A DNA stretch of 64,000 nucleotides from Fidelibacterota bacterium (GCA_016784025.1 JADHVL010000018.1:7927-71926), one strand, 5' to 3'. Numbered from the stretch's first letter, positions 10,993 to 21,724 are shown. Notes: generated by a model from the sequence alone, not told the origin. Numbers and translations are program-made.

Positions 10993-12264
10993 GTGGTGAA
11001 TCCGGATTCTAAATCTGTTTTCGATTACATCTTCGGATTAACGGTACCTGGTGTCAAACTCGAATTGTCCCGGGTTGTCGAATTCATGAATCGGCTGGGT
11101 AATCCTCATACTGCCTATCCTGTTATTCATATTGCTGGAACCAACGGAAAAGGCTCCACCGCAGCCATGTTGGCCGCTATTCTCAGCGCTTATGGCAAAA
11201 AGACTGGATTGTTCACTTCGCCACATTTGATCACACCCAATGAGCGTATTCGGGTAGGGAATACCCTGGTCTCTGATGAATTTATCATCAGCAAAGTTGA
11301 AGAATGGCGTGTTCATATAGACCGGTTGGGCATTACGTTTTTTGAAGTCCTCACAGCCCTGGGAATGGAATATTTTAAGCAACAATCAGTCGATTATGCA
11401 GTCATAGAAACTGGACTGGGTGGCCGGCTGGATGCCACCAATGTGGTGGATCCTGTGGCCAGCATTATTACCAGTGTGTCCATGGACCATGAGAATATTC
11501 TGGGCGACAATCTCGCTCAGATTGCAGGAGAAAAGGCAGGCATTGTTAAATCGGGGCGTCCCATTATTCTGGGGAAGAATACCCGTGTTGTCCAACAGGT
11601 CGTGGAGCAAAAGAGTCAACTGGTTTCTGCGCCCTATGTATATGTTCCAAATCAGGTCAAAATTGAGGCTATCAAGCCTCATGGGTTGTCACAACGTATC
11701 CGATGCACGAATGCTGGGCAAACCATTGAGGTTGAACTACCCCTGCTTGGACGTCATCAGGTGGAGAATTTCACAAATGTACTGGCAGGTCTGGATGAAT
11801 TAGGTTTCAATTTAGATGCTTCTATCATTCAAAAAGGTTTGGATGACATGATCTGGCAGGGTCGTATGCAAGCTCTGCAAAAAGAACCTCTTGTACTCTA
11901 CGATGTTGCACATAATCCAGAGGGCCTTGCACGGTTGTTGGATTCGTTGCGAGAACTAGGTAGAGCAGATTCAATAATTGTGGCAGCATTCAATGCGAGA
12001 AAAAACATCCAGCCTATGCTCGATCTGCTTAGTACGTGGTCAGGAGAGGTATTATTCACCGTCTTTCCAGGACATTCTGCAGTTGAAAAGGAGACACTCA
12101 TGCATTTGGGTATCCATCCCGATTTGATAGCATCTGATCTCCAGACAGCGTATACGCGATCACTTGAACTGAGATCGAATGAGCGTCAATCCATCTGCTT
12201 CATCGGAAGTCACTATTTGGCTGAGTCTCTCTTTCCCATGTTTGATAATTCTCATCAGAATTGA
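10993..12264 (+). CDS. folC: Folylpolyglutamate synthase/dihydrofolate synthase
   Basis: HIAGTNGKGST, FTSPHL, ETGLGGRLDATN, EKAGI, DVAHNP. Confidence 0.95.
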   Translation: MVNPDSKSVFDYIFGLTVPGVKLELSRVVEFMNRLGNPHTAYPVIHIAGTNGKGSTAAMLAAILSAYGKKTGLFTSPHLITPNERIRVGNTLVSDEFIISKVEEWRVHIDRLGITFFEVLTALGMEYFKQQSVDYAVIETGLGGRLDATNVVDPVASIITSVSMDHENILGDNLAQIAGEKAGIVKSGRPIILGKNTRVVQQVVEQKSQLVSAPYVYVPNQVKIEAIKPHGLSQRIRCTNAGQTIEVELPLLGRHQVENFTNVLAGLDELGFNLDASIIQKGLDDMIWQGRMQALQKEPLVLYDVAHNPEGLARLLDSLRELGRADSIIVAAFNARKNIQPMLDLLSTWSGEVLFTVFPGHSAVEKETLMHLGIHPDLIASDLQTAYTRSLELRSNERQSICFIGSHYLAESLFPMFDNSHQN

Positions 12265-12397
12265 GTTTCCACTTCAGATGAAAAAAAGTGTTTTTGGAAT
12301 TCACCGCGCCTTTATGGGCTCCGGTAAATGTTGAGAGCAAGCCAGAATTGTATCTGGAGTCTATATCACACAGAGAAATAATAAATTAGATTTTTAA

Positions 12398-12425
12398 TTG
12401 ACAAGGTATAGGTCTGGTTTAAATT
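12398..12425 (+). promoter_or_regulatory. Putative sigma70 promoter of rho
   Basis: TTGACA (12398-12403), 16-bp spacer, TAAATT (12420-12425), AT-rich upstream tract. Confidence 0.6.
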
Positions 12426-12530
12426 CACCTTAGCAATTCAAACGCTGAATATGCAGATTTAATCTCCCAACAATACTTTTTTACAGAAATTTAACAAAAA
12501 TATCAATCACAAAAGAACAGGTTTATTTCA

Positions 12531-13784
12531 ATGAGTTTAACCATTACCCAACTTCTGAAAATGAAGTTGAAAGAGTTGGCAGATATTGCCCAGGAATTGG
12601 CAGTACCAGCAGTCAGTGGTCAGAAAAAGATGGATCTTATCGAAGCCATCATCGAAGCCCAAACGGAGAGCGCCGGAATGATGTTTTCCAAGGGCGTTTT
12701 AGAAATCTTGCCCGATGGATACGGCTTTCTCAGGGATGCTGACAATAATTATCTGGCTGGCGCCCATGACATCTATGTCTCACCGTCTCAAATCAAACGA
12801 TTCGGATTACGTACAGGACAAATAGTCTGGGGTCAGGTTCGCCCACCTAAGGACAATGAGCGCTATTTCGCTCTGCTCAAGATTGAGGCGATCAATTATC
12901 AGAATCCCGAAGAAGGCAGAATAGTTCCTCAGTTTGACACACTAATTCCCCTCTATGCTGACACCAAATTGACTCTGGAACGTGGTCCTAAAAGTTATTC
13001 TATGCGTGTTATGGATTTGATAAGCCCTGTGGGTAAAGGTCAGCGAGGTCTTATAACTGCTCAACCCAAAACAGGTAAAACAATCCTGCTTCAGGATATT
13101 GCAAACTCCATCGTTCAAAATCATCCTGATGTTACTCTTATCGTCCTGCTCATTGATGAACGACCTGAAGAAGTGACGGATATGCGCCGTATGGTTGATT
13201 CTGAGGTGATCGCATCTACTTTTGACGAGCCACCAGAGCGCCATGTTCAAGTCGCGGATATGGTCCTTAATAAAGCAAAATGTATGGTAGAGTTTGGCAA
13301 AGATGTGGTCATTCTTCTGGATAGTCTGACGCGTCTTGCCCGTGCTCACAATGCGGTTATCCCCCATAGTGGTAAGATTTTATCTGGTGGTATTGATTCC
13401 AATGCCCTCCATCGTCCCAAGCGCTTCTTTGGTGCCGCTAGAAATGTGGAGCATGGTGGTAGCTTAACCATCATGGCCACCGCGCTTATTGAAACTGGAT
13501 CCCGTATGGATGATGTAATTTTTGAAGAGTTCAAAGGTACAGGTAACATGGAATTGGTCCTCGATCGTCGTCTCAGTGATCGTCGAATCTATCCTGCTAT
13601 CGATATCAATCGATCTGGTACCAGAAAAGAAGAACTGCTTCTTTCCAAGGCTGAGCTTTCAAGAACCTGGATATTGAGAAAATTGCTCAACGAGATGACC
13701 CCTGTTGAAGCCATGGAATTTCTCCTGGAACGGATGCAGCGCTCCAGCACCAACAAAGAGTTTATTCAGACGATGAATTCATAG
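12531..13784 (+). CDS. rho: Transcription termination factor Rho
   Basis: [38 protein letters not shown]. Confidence 0.99.
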   Translation: MSLTITQLLKMKLKELADIAQELAVPAVSGQKKMDLIEAIIEAQTESAGMMFSKGVLEILPDGYGFLRDADNNYLAGAHDIYVSPSQIKRFGLRTGQIVWGQVRPPKDNERYFALLKIEAINYQNPEEGRIVPQFDTLIPLYADTKLTLERGPKSYSMRVMDLISPVGKGQRGLITAQPKTGKTILLQDIANSIVQNHPDVTLIVLLIDERPEEVTDMRRMVDSEVIASTFDEPPERHVQVADMVLNKAKCMVEFGKDVVILLDSLTRLARAHNAVIPHSGKILSGGIDSNALHRPKRFFGAARNVEHGGSLTIMATALIETGSRMDDVIFEEFKGTGNMELVLDRRLSDRRIYPAIDINRSGTRKEELLLSKAELSRTWILRKLLNEMTPVEAMEFLLERMQRSSTNKEFIQTMNS

Positions 13785-13812
13785 CTGAAAAGCATTTTAC
13801 ATACTGAAAATT

Positions 13813-13848
13813 GAGGGGCGTGGATAGAATTCTACGCTCCTCTTTTTT
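13813..13848 (+). terminator. Intrinsic terminator after rho
   Basis: Stem GAGGGGCGTGGA / TCTACGCTCCTC (two G-U pairs) followed by TTTTTT. Confidence 0.85.
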
Positions 13849-13967
13849 GTTTTGAATCCACTCGCTTTTGATATGAATAAATTCCAATTCAATGCTCCAC
13901 CTTTCACTTGCCTAGAGCGGGGGGGTGCGGATATATTGCGCGGCTTTATATGAGGAGGAGAGAGGAA

Positions 13968-15155
13968 ATGAGTTTCACTAAAAGAATCAATGCTTTACAA
14001 CCCTCAGCCACAATGGCTGTTATGGAAGCTGCTACGCGTTTACGTGAGCAAGGTGTTGATATCATATCCTTTGGTGCAGGCGAGCCTGATTTCGATACAC
14101 CTGACTATATTATCTCTGCAGCAAACAAAGCACTTGCTGAAGGTCATACACGCTATACGGCAGCCTCTGGAACAAAAAGCCTCAAGCAATCCATTGTAGA
14201 CAAACTAAAGCGGGAAAATGGACTGGATTACGAGATCAACCAAATTGTGGTTTCCAATGGTGGTAAGCATTCTCTTTTCAATATAATGATGACCCTTTTT
14301 GATGAAGGTGACGAGGTTATCATTCTCTCCCCATATTGGGTGACTTATCCTGAGGTAGTAAAATTAAGCGGTGCTGATCCAGTCTATGTAGAGACGTCAG
14401 AAGAAGACGGATTTCAAATCACAAGTGAACAGTTGCTTCAAGCAGTATCAGATAAAACCAAAGGGATTATCGTCAACACGCCCTCAAATCCCAGTGGCGG
14501 AGTGCTGAATCGTGAAAGCCTGAAAGCGATTGTCGATGTGGCTACATCAAATGATTTGTGGCTCATTAGCGATGAATGTTACGAAGCTCTTGTATATGAT
14601 GGGGAACATCTGAGCCTGGCAGGGTTTGAAGGTGCCTATGAAAAGACGGTTACTGTACAGACGATGTCCAAAGTTTATGCCATGACCGGATGGCGAATCG
14701 GCTATACAGCCTCTTCAGCAAAACTTGCAGCTGCCATGGGTAAATTTCAAGGTCAAGCAACGGGATGTCCGAATTCCATCGCCCAGTTTGCCTCTGAGGT
14801 AGCATTGAGGGAGGATCACACCGAACTGTCGAATTGGAGAGCCCAATTTGTTGATCGCCGGAATTATATGGTTCAAACCTTAAACGAAATGCCCGGTGTT
14901 AAGTGTCTTTTGCCAGAAGGTGCATTCTATGTTTTTCCAAAGATTTCAGGTCTCTTTGGTAAGAAGGCTGGCGATGTTGAAATCAAAAATGACATGGATC
15001 TGACAAAATATTTATTGGATGAAGCTCATATTACAGTAGTTCCTGGCGCAGCTTTCGGGGCCCCGGAACACGTAAGATTGTCCTATGCAACATCCATGGA
15101 CGCTATAAAAACAGGTCTTCGCAGGTTTGCGGACGCTGTTGCTAAATTGAATTGA
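13968..15155 (+). CDS. aspC: PLP-dependent class I aminotransferase (aspartate aminotransferase-like)
   Basis: [30 protein letters not shown]; ATG 13968 with GAGG RBS. Confidence 0.9.
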   Translation: MSFTKRINALQPSATMAVMEAATRLREQGVDIISFGAGEPDFDTPDYIISAANKALAEGHTRYTAASGTKSLKQSIVDKLKRENGLDYEINQIVVSNGGKHSLFNIMMTLFDEGDEVIILSPYWVTYPEVVKLSGADPVYVETSEEDGFQITSEQLLQAVSDKTKGIIVNTPSNPSGGVLNRESLKAIVDVATSNDLWLISDECYEALVYDGEHLSLAGFEGAYEKTVTVQTMSKVYAMTGWRIGYTASSAKLAAAMGKFQGQATGCPNSIAQFASEVALREDHTELSNWRAQFVDRRNYMVQTLNEMPGVKCLLPEGAFYVFPKISGLFGKKAGDVEIKNDMDLTKYLLDEAHITVVPGAAFGAPEHVRLSYATSMDAIKTGLRRFADAVAKLN

Positions 15156-15174
15156 TGAAGGGAGTACCCATAAA

Positions 15175-15387
15175 ATGAAACCAGGAATCCATCCTAAATA
15201 CGAGTTGCACAAGGTTGCTTGTGCCTGCGGGAATAGTTTTGAGACCTATACCACGGTTGGTGAGCTGCATATAGAAATTTGCAACGAATGTCACCCATAT
15301 TTTACTGGAAAACAGAAATTGTTGGATACGGCTGGTCGTATTGATAAGTTCCGTAAAAAATATGGAACAGCTGAAAAAGCTAAATAG
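15175..15387 (+). CDS. rpmE: 50S ribosomal protein L31, Zn-binding type
   Basis: [23 protein letters not shown]. Confidence 0.97.
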   Translation: MKPGIHPKYELHKVACACGNSFETYTTVGELHIEICNECHPYFTGKQKLLDTAGRIDKFRKKYGTAEKAK

Positions 15388-15405
15388 ATCCGTTACAAAG
15401 CTGAT

Positions 15406-16401
15406 TTGACGCCCAAACGCTCATTTCGCGTTTTTACCCAGGCATTTCTTACCGCCCAACAAACTATTTTGGTCGGTGGGCAAGCTATCATTGAAGGTGT
15501 AATGATGCGCGTGCCTGGAGCATATGCTATTGCTGTGAGAAATCCCAAAGGTGAGATTATTACCAGACGCCAGGAATTCATTTCACTTACAGAAAAGATC
15601 GCCCTATTTAAGAAACCCGTCCTGCGCGGCATGATCGCACTTTTCGAGTCTATGAAGATGGGTATCGGTACGCTCAATGAGTCTGCCGAAATCGCCTATG
15701 AGGAAGAAAGCTCGGCTGAGATGACAATGAAGGACAAGGTTTTATCCTTCCTTGGCACCATGCTGGCCTTAACGATCGGACTGGGTCTTTTCTTTGTGAC
15801 ACCACTGTTTGTCACAGGCAACTTGCTCAATCTCTCAGAAACGGCATTTACTTTTAATGTCGTATCAGGAATTATCAGAATCGCCTTATTCCTGGCTTAT
15901 CTCTGGGGTATATCGCTCCTGGATGATGTGAAAAGACTCTTTCAATATCACGGTGCTGAGCATAAGGCAGTATACACTTTTGAAGCTGGTAAGGCATTGG
16001 ATCTAGATTCTGCAAGACCCTTTCAAACTCAGCATCCACGTTGCGGTACCAGTTTTATTTTTATAGTGCTTTTGTCCTCCATTATCATGTTTGCCTTTAT
16101 CGACAGCATTGTGAAACTATTTGCCGGCGAAATGACACTACAGATAAGATTACTCACACATCTGCCATTAATCCCACTGGTTGCTGGAGTTGGATATGAA
16201 ATTTTGAAGTTAAGCTCAAAATATCGTCATATCGCCTGGGTGAGAGCATTATCAGCTCCAGGTATCTGGCTACAGAACATCACAACCCGAGAACCTGATG
16301 ATGACCAGCTCACCGTAGCCCTTGAATCACTCAAGTTTGCTTTTGGTGATGATCTGGAGAAATATCAGGGTCAATCTTTTGTCGCAGAGGCTATCGACTA
16401 A
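15406..16401 (+). CDS. DUF1385 (YqhQ-like) membrane protein
   Basis: [33 protein letters not shown]; usual position between rpmE and prfA. Confidence 0.9.
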   Translation: MTPKRSFRVFTQAFLTAQQTILVGGQAIIEGVMMRVPGAYAIAVRNPKGEIITRRQEFISLTEKIALFKKPVLRGMIALFESMKMGIGTLNESAEIAYEEESSAEMTMKDKVLSFLGTMLALTIGLGLFFVTPLFVTGNLLNLSETAFTFNVVSGIIRIALFLAYLWGISLLDDVKRLFQYHGAEHKAVYTFEAGKALDLDSARPFQTQHPRCGTSFIFIVLLSSIIMFAFIDSIVKLFAGEMTLQIRLLTHLPLIPLVAGVGYEILKLSSKYRHIAWVRALSAPGIWLQNITTREPDDDQLTVALESLKFAFGDDLEKYQGQSFVAEAID

Positions 16402-17465
16402 TGTTACTGGATAAACTTCCTGATCTTAAAGTGAAGTTTAAAGAACTCGAGGGTCAGCTTTCTGATCCTGAGATCATGACCAATAATCGCAGGTATGCGA
16501 AAATAGCCCGCGAGCACAACGAATTATCCCACGTTTTAGAAGTATTTCATAGTTATGAAGAGCTCATGACCAACATCGAAGAGGGTGAATCTATCCTCCA
16601 GGGTGATGATGATGAACTTAAAGAAATCGTTCGGGAAGAGCTGGACGATACTATTGCTGAAAAAGCCAAATTGGAAGACGACTTAAAAATTCTTTTGATC
16701 CCTATTGATCCCCTGGATCAAGGAGCGGCCATTCTTGAAATTAGAGCTGGAGCCGGTGGTGACGAAGCTGCCTTGTTTGCCTCGGATCTGGTTCGCATGT
16801 ATCTGCGTTATACTGAAACCAACAACTGGAAACACGAGTTTATCACTTTAAACGAGCTGGGTGGAGGGGGCACGAAAGAAGCCATCATCCAGGTGACAGG
16901 TGAAAATGCTTATGGGACTTTGAAATTTGAGAGCGGTGTTCATCGGGTTCAACGTATTCCACAGACTGAGAGTAGTGGCCGAATTCACACCTCAGCCGCC
17001 ACTGTGGCTGTTTTACCGGAAGCCGAAGAGGTTGATGTTGAAATCAACACTGGAGATTTAAGAATTGACACCTTCCGTGCCAGTGGTGCAGGAGGACAGC
17101 ACGTCAATAAAACTGAATCTGCAATCCGCATTACACATATTCCGACTGGTATGGTTGTTTCCTGTCAGGATGAAACTTCTCAGCATAAGAACAAAGACAA
17201 GGCGATGAAAGTTTTGCGTGCCCGTATGCTGGCTGCTGAACATGAGAAACATGATAGTGAAGTTGCTGCCATGCGTAAAACTCTTGTTTCTACAGGTGAT
17301 AGAAGTGCCAAGATCAGAACCTACAACTATCCACAGGGCCGAGTGACAGATCACAGGATCAACTTGACCCTATATCGTTTGGAAGAAATTACCAATGGTG
17401 ATCTTTCTGAGCTTCATGAAAAACTCGTGGCGGCGGAGATGGTCAATCGACTGGAGTCACTTTAA
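16401..17465 (+). CDS. prfA: Peptide chain release factor 1
   Basis: PxT motif (RIPQTES), GGQ motif, IRTYNYPQ. Confidence 0.98.
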   Translation: MLLDKLPDLKVKFKELEGQLSDPEIMTNNRRYAKIAREHNELSHVLEVFHSYEELMTNIEEGESILQGDDDELKEIVREELDDTIAEKAKLEDDLKILLIPIDPLDQGAAILEIRAGAGGDEAALFASDLVRMYLRYTETNNWKHEFITLNELGGGGTKEAIIQVTGENAYGTLKFESGVHRVQRIPQTESSGRIHTSAATVAVLPEAEEVDVEINTGDLRIDTFRASGAGGQHVNKTESAIRITHIPTGMVVSCQDETSQHKNKDKAMKVLRARMLAAEHEKHDSEVAAMRKTLVSTGDRSAKIRTYNYPQGRVTDHRINLTLYRLEEITNGDLSELHEKLVAAEMVNRLESL

Positions 17466-17467
17466 GC

Positions 17468-17884
17468 ATGGGTTCCTCTCGATCGATGCGCACCTGGCGC
17501 AAGTTTCATAGATATACATTTGGTTATAGTAAATGGATTAGTCTGGTTTCAGTTGTACTGCTTCTTGTCATTTCGATTACGGGTATTCTGCTTGTCCACC
17601 AGGATGAATTGAAGCCCATCCAGAAGTCTCGAGTACCCCTCAGTGTACTTCCCAGTCACTATGAGAATCGGCTAGAGATCACTCGGGATAGACAGGGTAC
17701 TAAAGAAATATTCGCCGAAGAGAAGAGTGTCCCGCTGCGTTGGGTCATTCTTGATCTTCATACAGGTGATTTTTTTGGAAAATATGGATTTCTTCTCTAT
17801 GATGTGCTGGCAGTAGTTATGCTGGTCATGGGGAGTACCGGTATTTACATGTATTTTAAAATTAGAAAAAACAGCTTGTTTTAG
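17468..17884 (+). CDS. Small PepSY-associated TM helix protein
   Basis: RKFHRY, SITGILLVH, LDLHTG and TG-containing TM; conserved His pattern. Confidence 0.7.
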   Translation: MGSSRSMRTWRKFHRYTFGYSKWISLVSVVLLLVISITGILLVHQDELKPIQKSRVPLSVLPSHYENRLEITRDRQGTKEIFAEEKSVPLRWVILDLHTGDFFGKYGFLLYDVLAVVMLVMGSTGIYMYFKIRKNSLF

Positions 17885-17895
17885 AAGGGGATGAC

Positions 17896-18393
17896 ATGTT
17901 TAAACACGCACTATTGATGGTAGTATTAATTCTAAGTCTTGGTTTGATGGCCTGTAGTTCTGAGACTGCAGAAGTAGCTGGAGATCAATTTGGACAGAGC
18001 CTGACCATGACCAAAGTAACACCGGTTGCAGAGGTATTTACCCAAGCTCAGGATTTGAATGGTCAGATGGTTCGCGTCTCTGGTACAGTGACTGATCTAT
18101 GCAAACATAAAGGTTGCTGGATGCAGGTGAGTGACGGCCAAAATGTTTTAACAGTTCGCTTTAAAGATGAAGCTTTTATCATTCCAGCCACCGCTGTGGG
18201 TCGCAATGTTGATATGGAAGGACTCTTCATCGCAGAAAAAACCTCAAATCCCATAGGCTCACATCAGGCTTGTGCAGAAGGTGGAGAACATACTGGTGAG
18301 GGAGGCTGCGAAAGCGAGCGTGCTGAAAAGACAGTGAACAAAGTAGCCGATATTCGATATACCATGGTCTCAACTGGTTTGGTTCTTTCATAA
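17896..18393 (+). CDS. DUF4920 family lipoprotein (OB-fold-like)
   Basis: Lipobox LMAC, G-x-V-x-x-x-CKHKGCW, VRFKD motifs. Confidence 0.75.
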   Translation: MFKHALLMVVLILSLGLMACSSETAEVAGDQFGQSLTMTKVTPVAEVFTQAQDLNGQMVRVSGTVTDLCKHKGCWMQVSDGQNVLTVRFKDEAFIIPATAVGRNVDMEGLFIAEKTSNPIGSHQACAEGGEHTGEGGCESERAEKTVNKVADIRYTMVSTGLVLS

Positions 18394-18407
18394 AGTTTAT
18401 TTCCATC

Positions 18408-18433
18408 TGTAACGACTGAGCAGAAATTGCATC
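18408..18433 (+). promoter_or_regulatory. Possible ECF-type autoregulatory promoter
   Basis: TGTAAC-N16-CATC at the 5' end of the ECF sigma gene. Confidence 0.35.
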
Positions 18434-19038
18434 CAATTAAACGTGAATTGACAACTGAAGAGACGCCGGAGCTCATCCAGGCAGCTCGAGATGGAAACCG
18501 GAAGGTTCAGTCACAACTAGTGACGATGTATTCTTCCCGTATCTATAATCTGGGTCTGCGTATGCTGCGAAATAATGAAGATGCTGAAGATATGCTTCAG
18601 GAAACCTTCATTACAGCATTTCAAAAGATTCACACTTTTAAGGGTAAATCCAGCTTCTATACATGGATATACCGAATTGGTGTGAATATCGCTCTCGGCA
18701 AATTGCGAAAGCAATCCAGGATGCAGATATCCTACTCCATTCAGGAACCGGATTTCGAAAATCTCCATGGTCTGAAAATAGCAGATTGGCCAGATTATAT
18801 CGAAACCAAAGTTTCCGATGAAGAGTTTAAGATTGCTCTCAAAGTCGCTCTGGATGATCTGGACGAAAAGTATCGTTCAGTATTTGTTTTGAGAGATTTG
18901 GAAGAACTGTCCACGGCGAAAACAGCAGAAATCCTGGAGCTTTCTGAAAGCAATGTGAAGGTAAGACTTATGCGGGCCAGACTATTTTTAAGGGACCGTA
19001 TGACTTCCTTTTTAAAACGTGAAGGTTGGTTGGTATAA
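18427..19038 (+). CDS. ECF RNA polymerase sigma-70 factor
   Basis: DAEDMLQETF, SFYTWIYRI (region 2); region 4 HTH ending NVKVRLMRAR; start may be TTG 18448. Confidence 0.95.
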   Translation: MHPIKRELTTEETPELIQAARDGNRKVQSQLVTMYSSRIYNLGLRMLRNNEDAEDMLQETFITAFQKIHTFKGKSSFYTWIYRIGVNIALGKLRKQSRMQISYSIQEPDFENLHGLKIADWPDYIETKVSDEEFKIALKVALDDLDEKYRSVFVLRDLEELSTAKTAEILELSESNVKVRLMRARLFLRDRMTSFLKREGWLV

Positions 19039-19289
19039 TGAAACCGAAACATGATGTAGAGCTGCAAAAGAAAATCTGTCTGGATTTCGGTGCGGATATC
19101 GGCTCTGAATTATGTCAGGAAGTAGGTTTGCTCATGGAGGAATGTCCAGAGTGTAAAGTCTACTATGATACTATGCAACGTTCCGTCAAGCTGTATAAGG
19201 TTGTGGAAGATGAATGTGAGCTTCCTAAGTCTGTATCCGAACGCCTCTTCAAAGTATTAGATCTAGATCAGTTGAAGAAGGACGTTTAA
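19038..19289 (+). CDS. Soluble Cys-rich anti-sigma factor (zf-HC2/ZAS-like)
   Basis: TAATG coupling to the sigma gene; LCQEVGLLMEECPECKVYYDT; no TM segment. Confidence 0.75.
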   Translation: MKPKHDVELQKKICLDFGADIGSELCQEVGLLMEECPECKVYYDTMQRSVKLYKVVEDECELPKSVSERLFKVLDLDQLKKDV

Positions 19290-19293
19290 AAAA

Positions 19294-19548
19294 ATGGCAG
19301 CAACCACAGCACTAACAAAAAAAGTAATTATGTTTACCACCCCAACTTGTTCACATTGTACCACTGCCAAACGGTATTTGAGAGAGAAAGGGATTAAGTT
19401 TAAAGAGATCGATGTCAGCAGAAATCAAAAGGCTGCTCAAGATATGTTAAGAAAAACAGGTCAACAGGGCGTACCACAGCTGTGGATTAATAATCGTCCC
19501 GTCGTTGGCTTTGATAGAAATAGAATCAATAGTTTATTAGGGTTATAG
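19294..19548 (+). CDS. Glutaredoxin (YruB/NrdH-like)
   Basis: TPTCSHC active site, GQQGVPQ, VGFD. Confidence 0.9.
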   Translation: MAATTALTKKVIMFTTPTCSHCTTAKRYLREKGIKFKEIDVSRNQKAAQDMLRKTGQQGVPQLWINNRPVVGFDRNRINSLLGL

Positions 19549-19557
19549 GAGAAAGAA

Positions 19558-19827
19558 ATGAAAATTCAACCTTTAGATGATCGTGTATTAGTTGTTCCTG
19601 CAGGTGAAGAAGAAACAACAGCTTCAGGCATCATTATTCCAGATACTGCCAAAGAAAAACCACGTCGTGGTAGTGTTGCAGCCGTGGGTAATGATGAAGA
19701 ATTGCAGGAATTGATCAAAGAGGGTGATGTTATCCTCTATGGTAAATATGCTGGCGATGAACTCGCATATGATGGGACTGACTATCTCATCCTTAACCGG
19801 AGTGATATTCTGGCCAAACTCAGCTAA
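19558..19827 (+). CDS. groES: Co-chaperonin GroES, without adjacent groEL
   Basis: PLDDRVLV, mobile loop TASGIIIPDTAKEKP, GKYAG, DILA. Confidence 0.95.
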   Translation: MKIQPLDDRVLVVPAGEEETTASGIIIPDTAKEKPRRGSVAAVGNDEELQELIKEGDVILYGKYAGDELAYDGTDYLILNRSDILAKLS

Positions 19828-19849
19828 TTACGAGTTACAATTGAAAATT

Positions 19850-19876
19850 AAAGGGAGCGTAATGCTCCCTTTTTTT
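19850..19876 (+). terminator. Intrinsic terminator after groES
   Basis: AAAGGGAGC-GTAAT-GCTCCCTTT followed by a T run. Confidence 0.9.
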
Positions 19877-19979
19877 GTCCCCCTCCGCAGAATATCAACC
19901 ATTTCAAAATAGTTTGTCACTTCGCTCTCATGCCACACTCAAAGGATATGCTCGAAAATGCTATCCTGAGAGGGGATTT

Positions 19980-21329
19980 ATGAGTAAAAAATATGTGATT
20001 ATCGGTGGCGATGCAGCTGGAATGAGTGCTGCCAGCAAAATCAAACGCATGCAACCTGAATCTGAACTTGTGGTCTTTGAGAAGGGCCAGCACATCAGCT
20101 TTGCAGCTTGTGGAATGCCGTATTGGATCAGTGGCGTCATTGAGGATGGTGGTAAATTACAAGTTCTTACTCCTGAGATGGCTCGTGAAAAAAGAGATAT
20201 CGATGTTCGCATTGGACATGAAGTCACAAAAATTGATACTTCGAGTAAAACCATTGTCGTTCAAAATTTGAGTACAGGTGATAATTCTATAGAAAGCTAT
20301 GATGCACTCCTGATTGCAACTGGCGGTCGTGCAGTTGTACCTCCCATACCTGGTGTTGATTCTGTAGGTGTTTTTACACTCCGAAGCTTGGCGGATGGAC
20401 ATCGGATCAAAAATTATATCGCTGATCATGAGATTCAGCATGCCACCATCATCGGAGGCGGCCATATCGGACTGGAAATGGCAGAAGCCTATAGACATCT
20501 CAACATCGATGTGACATTGTTGGTGAGGGGAGACCAGATTGCCCCTTCAATGGATAAAGATCTGTTGGAAAAATTAACTGAGCACGTCATCGAGAAAGGG
20601 GTTGATCTCCAACTCGAAACCAGAGTCAATACCATTGAAAAAATAAATCATGGGCTTCAGGTTCATACTTCTGCTGGTTTGATCAAAACAGACATGGTTC
20701 TTGTTTCTACGGGTGTGAGGCCAAACTCAGAACTGGCAATTGACGCTGGAATCGAAGTTGGTAATAGTGGTGCCATCCTCATTGATGAGCATATGCAAAC
20801 CAGTGTGGAAAATATTTATGCTGGCGGTGATTGCGCTGAGCACAACCATCGTGTGCTGGAAGAAAGTATGTGGATCCCTATGGCTACTTCTGCCAATAAG
20901 GGAGGTCGGATTGCCGGTGAAAATATGGCTGGCGCCCCTACCAGATTTCCTGGGATTCTAGGGACCTCCGCTGCCAAAGTATTCGACTACACTGTTGCTC
21001 AGACTGGACTTACTGAGAAGCAAGCAAGACAAATTGAAAAATTGGGAGCCATAGAAACCACCACCATCACAGGTGGAAGTCGAGCACATTATTACCCCGG
21101 TTCAAAGCCTTTGACAGTAAAGCTTGTAGTCGAAAAAAGTTCTGGCCGACTCCTGGGTGCTCAAATGATAGGCAAGGCAGATGTAGCGAAACGACTGGAT
21201 GTTCTGGCCACAGCCATTACAGCAAAAATGACTGTAGCGGATATTGGCATGTTGGATCTGACCTATGCTCCACCGGTTTCGCCCGTCTATGATCCAATCC
21301 TTGTCGCAGCAAATGTAGCCAATAAGTGA
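19980..21329 (+). CDS. CoA-disulfide reductase / NADH oxidase family flavoprotein
   Basis: IIGGDAAGMSAA, SFAACG (SFxxC redox Cys), GGGHIGLE, C-terminal YAPP; ATG 19980 with GAGGGG RBS. Confidence 0.9.
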   Translation: MSKKYVIIGGDAAGMSAASKIKRMQPESELVVFEKGQHISFAACGMPYWISGVIEDGGKLQVLTPEMAREKRDIDVRIGHEVTKIDTSSKTIVVQNLSTGDNSIESYDALLIATGGRAVVPPIPGVDSVGVFTLRSLADGHRIKNYIADHEIQHATIIGGGHIGLEMAEAYRHLNIDVTLLVRGDQIAPSMDKDLLEKLTEHVIEKGVDLQLETRVNTIEKINHGLQVHTSAGLIKTDMVLVSTGVRPNSELAIDAGIEVGNSGAILIDEHMQTSVENIYAGGDCAEHNHRVLEESMWIPMATSANKGGRIAGENMAGAPTRFPGILGTSAAKVFDYTVAQTGLTEKQARQIEKLGAIETTTITGGSRAHYYPGSKPLTVKLVVEKSSGRLLGAQMIGKADVAKRLDVLATAITAKMTVADIGMLDLTYAPPVSPVYDPILVAANVANK

Positions 21330-21342
21330 GAAGAATATCAAG

Positions 21343-21362
21343 GCGAGGATTCGAATCCTCGC
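21343..21362. repeat. Perfect 20-bp palindrome (REP-like)
   Basis: GCGAGGATTC/GAATCCTCGC, intergenic, no T tract. Confidence 0.6.
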
Positions 21363-21431
21363 ATGGTAGTTCCCACGGTTTGGAGTCATATCTCCCAAGT
21401 CCCTACTCGATTGGACTAATCAAAAGGATGA

Positions 21432-21644
21432 GTGCAGATGATACATAAGGAAATGCTAATTGAGGACCTGGTTCAGGAATATCCCAAACTAATTGGTCCA
21501 CTGAAGATGGAAGGTATTGTCTGTCTGGCATGTGGTGAGGCTCTCTGGGGAACATTAGAAGCACAAGCTCTCGAGAAGGGTCTCAATAATATTGATGACA
21601 TCGTGGAGAAAATGAACGCGTTGATTTTGGAAGAAGCTTTATAG
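21432..21644 (+). CDS. DUF1858 family small protein
   Basis: MLIEDLVQEYP, GIVCLACGE, TLE motifs; start GTG 21432 or ATG 21438. Confidence 0.7.
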   Translation: MQMIHKEMLIEDLVQEYPKLIGPLKMEGIVCLACGEALWGTLEAQALEKGLNNIDDIVEKMNALILEEAL

Positions 21645-21724
21645 AAATTGATTTGTTGCCCGAGGAGACCATATTAGGTGGTGTTTGGGCGACTGTTAGA
21701 GAATAAAATTTAAGGTAACAGATT

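Noticed and set aside
21343-21362. tRNA T-arm look-alike (GGATTCGAATCC)
   Set aside because: No acceptor, D or anticodon arms; loop geometry is wrong; explained as a palindrome
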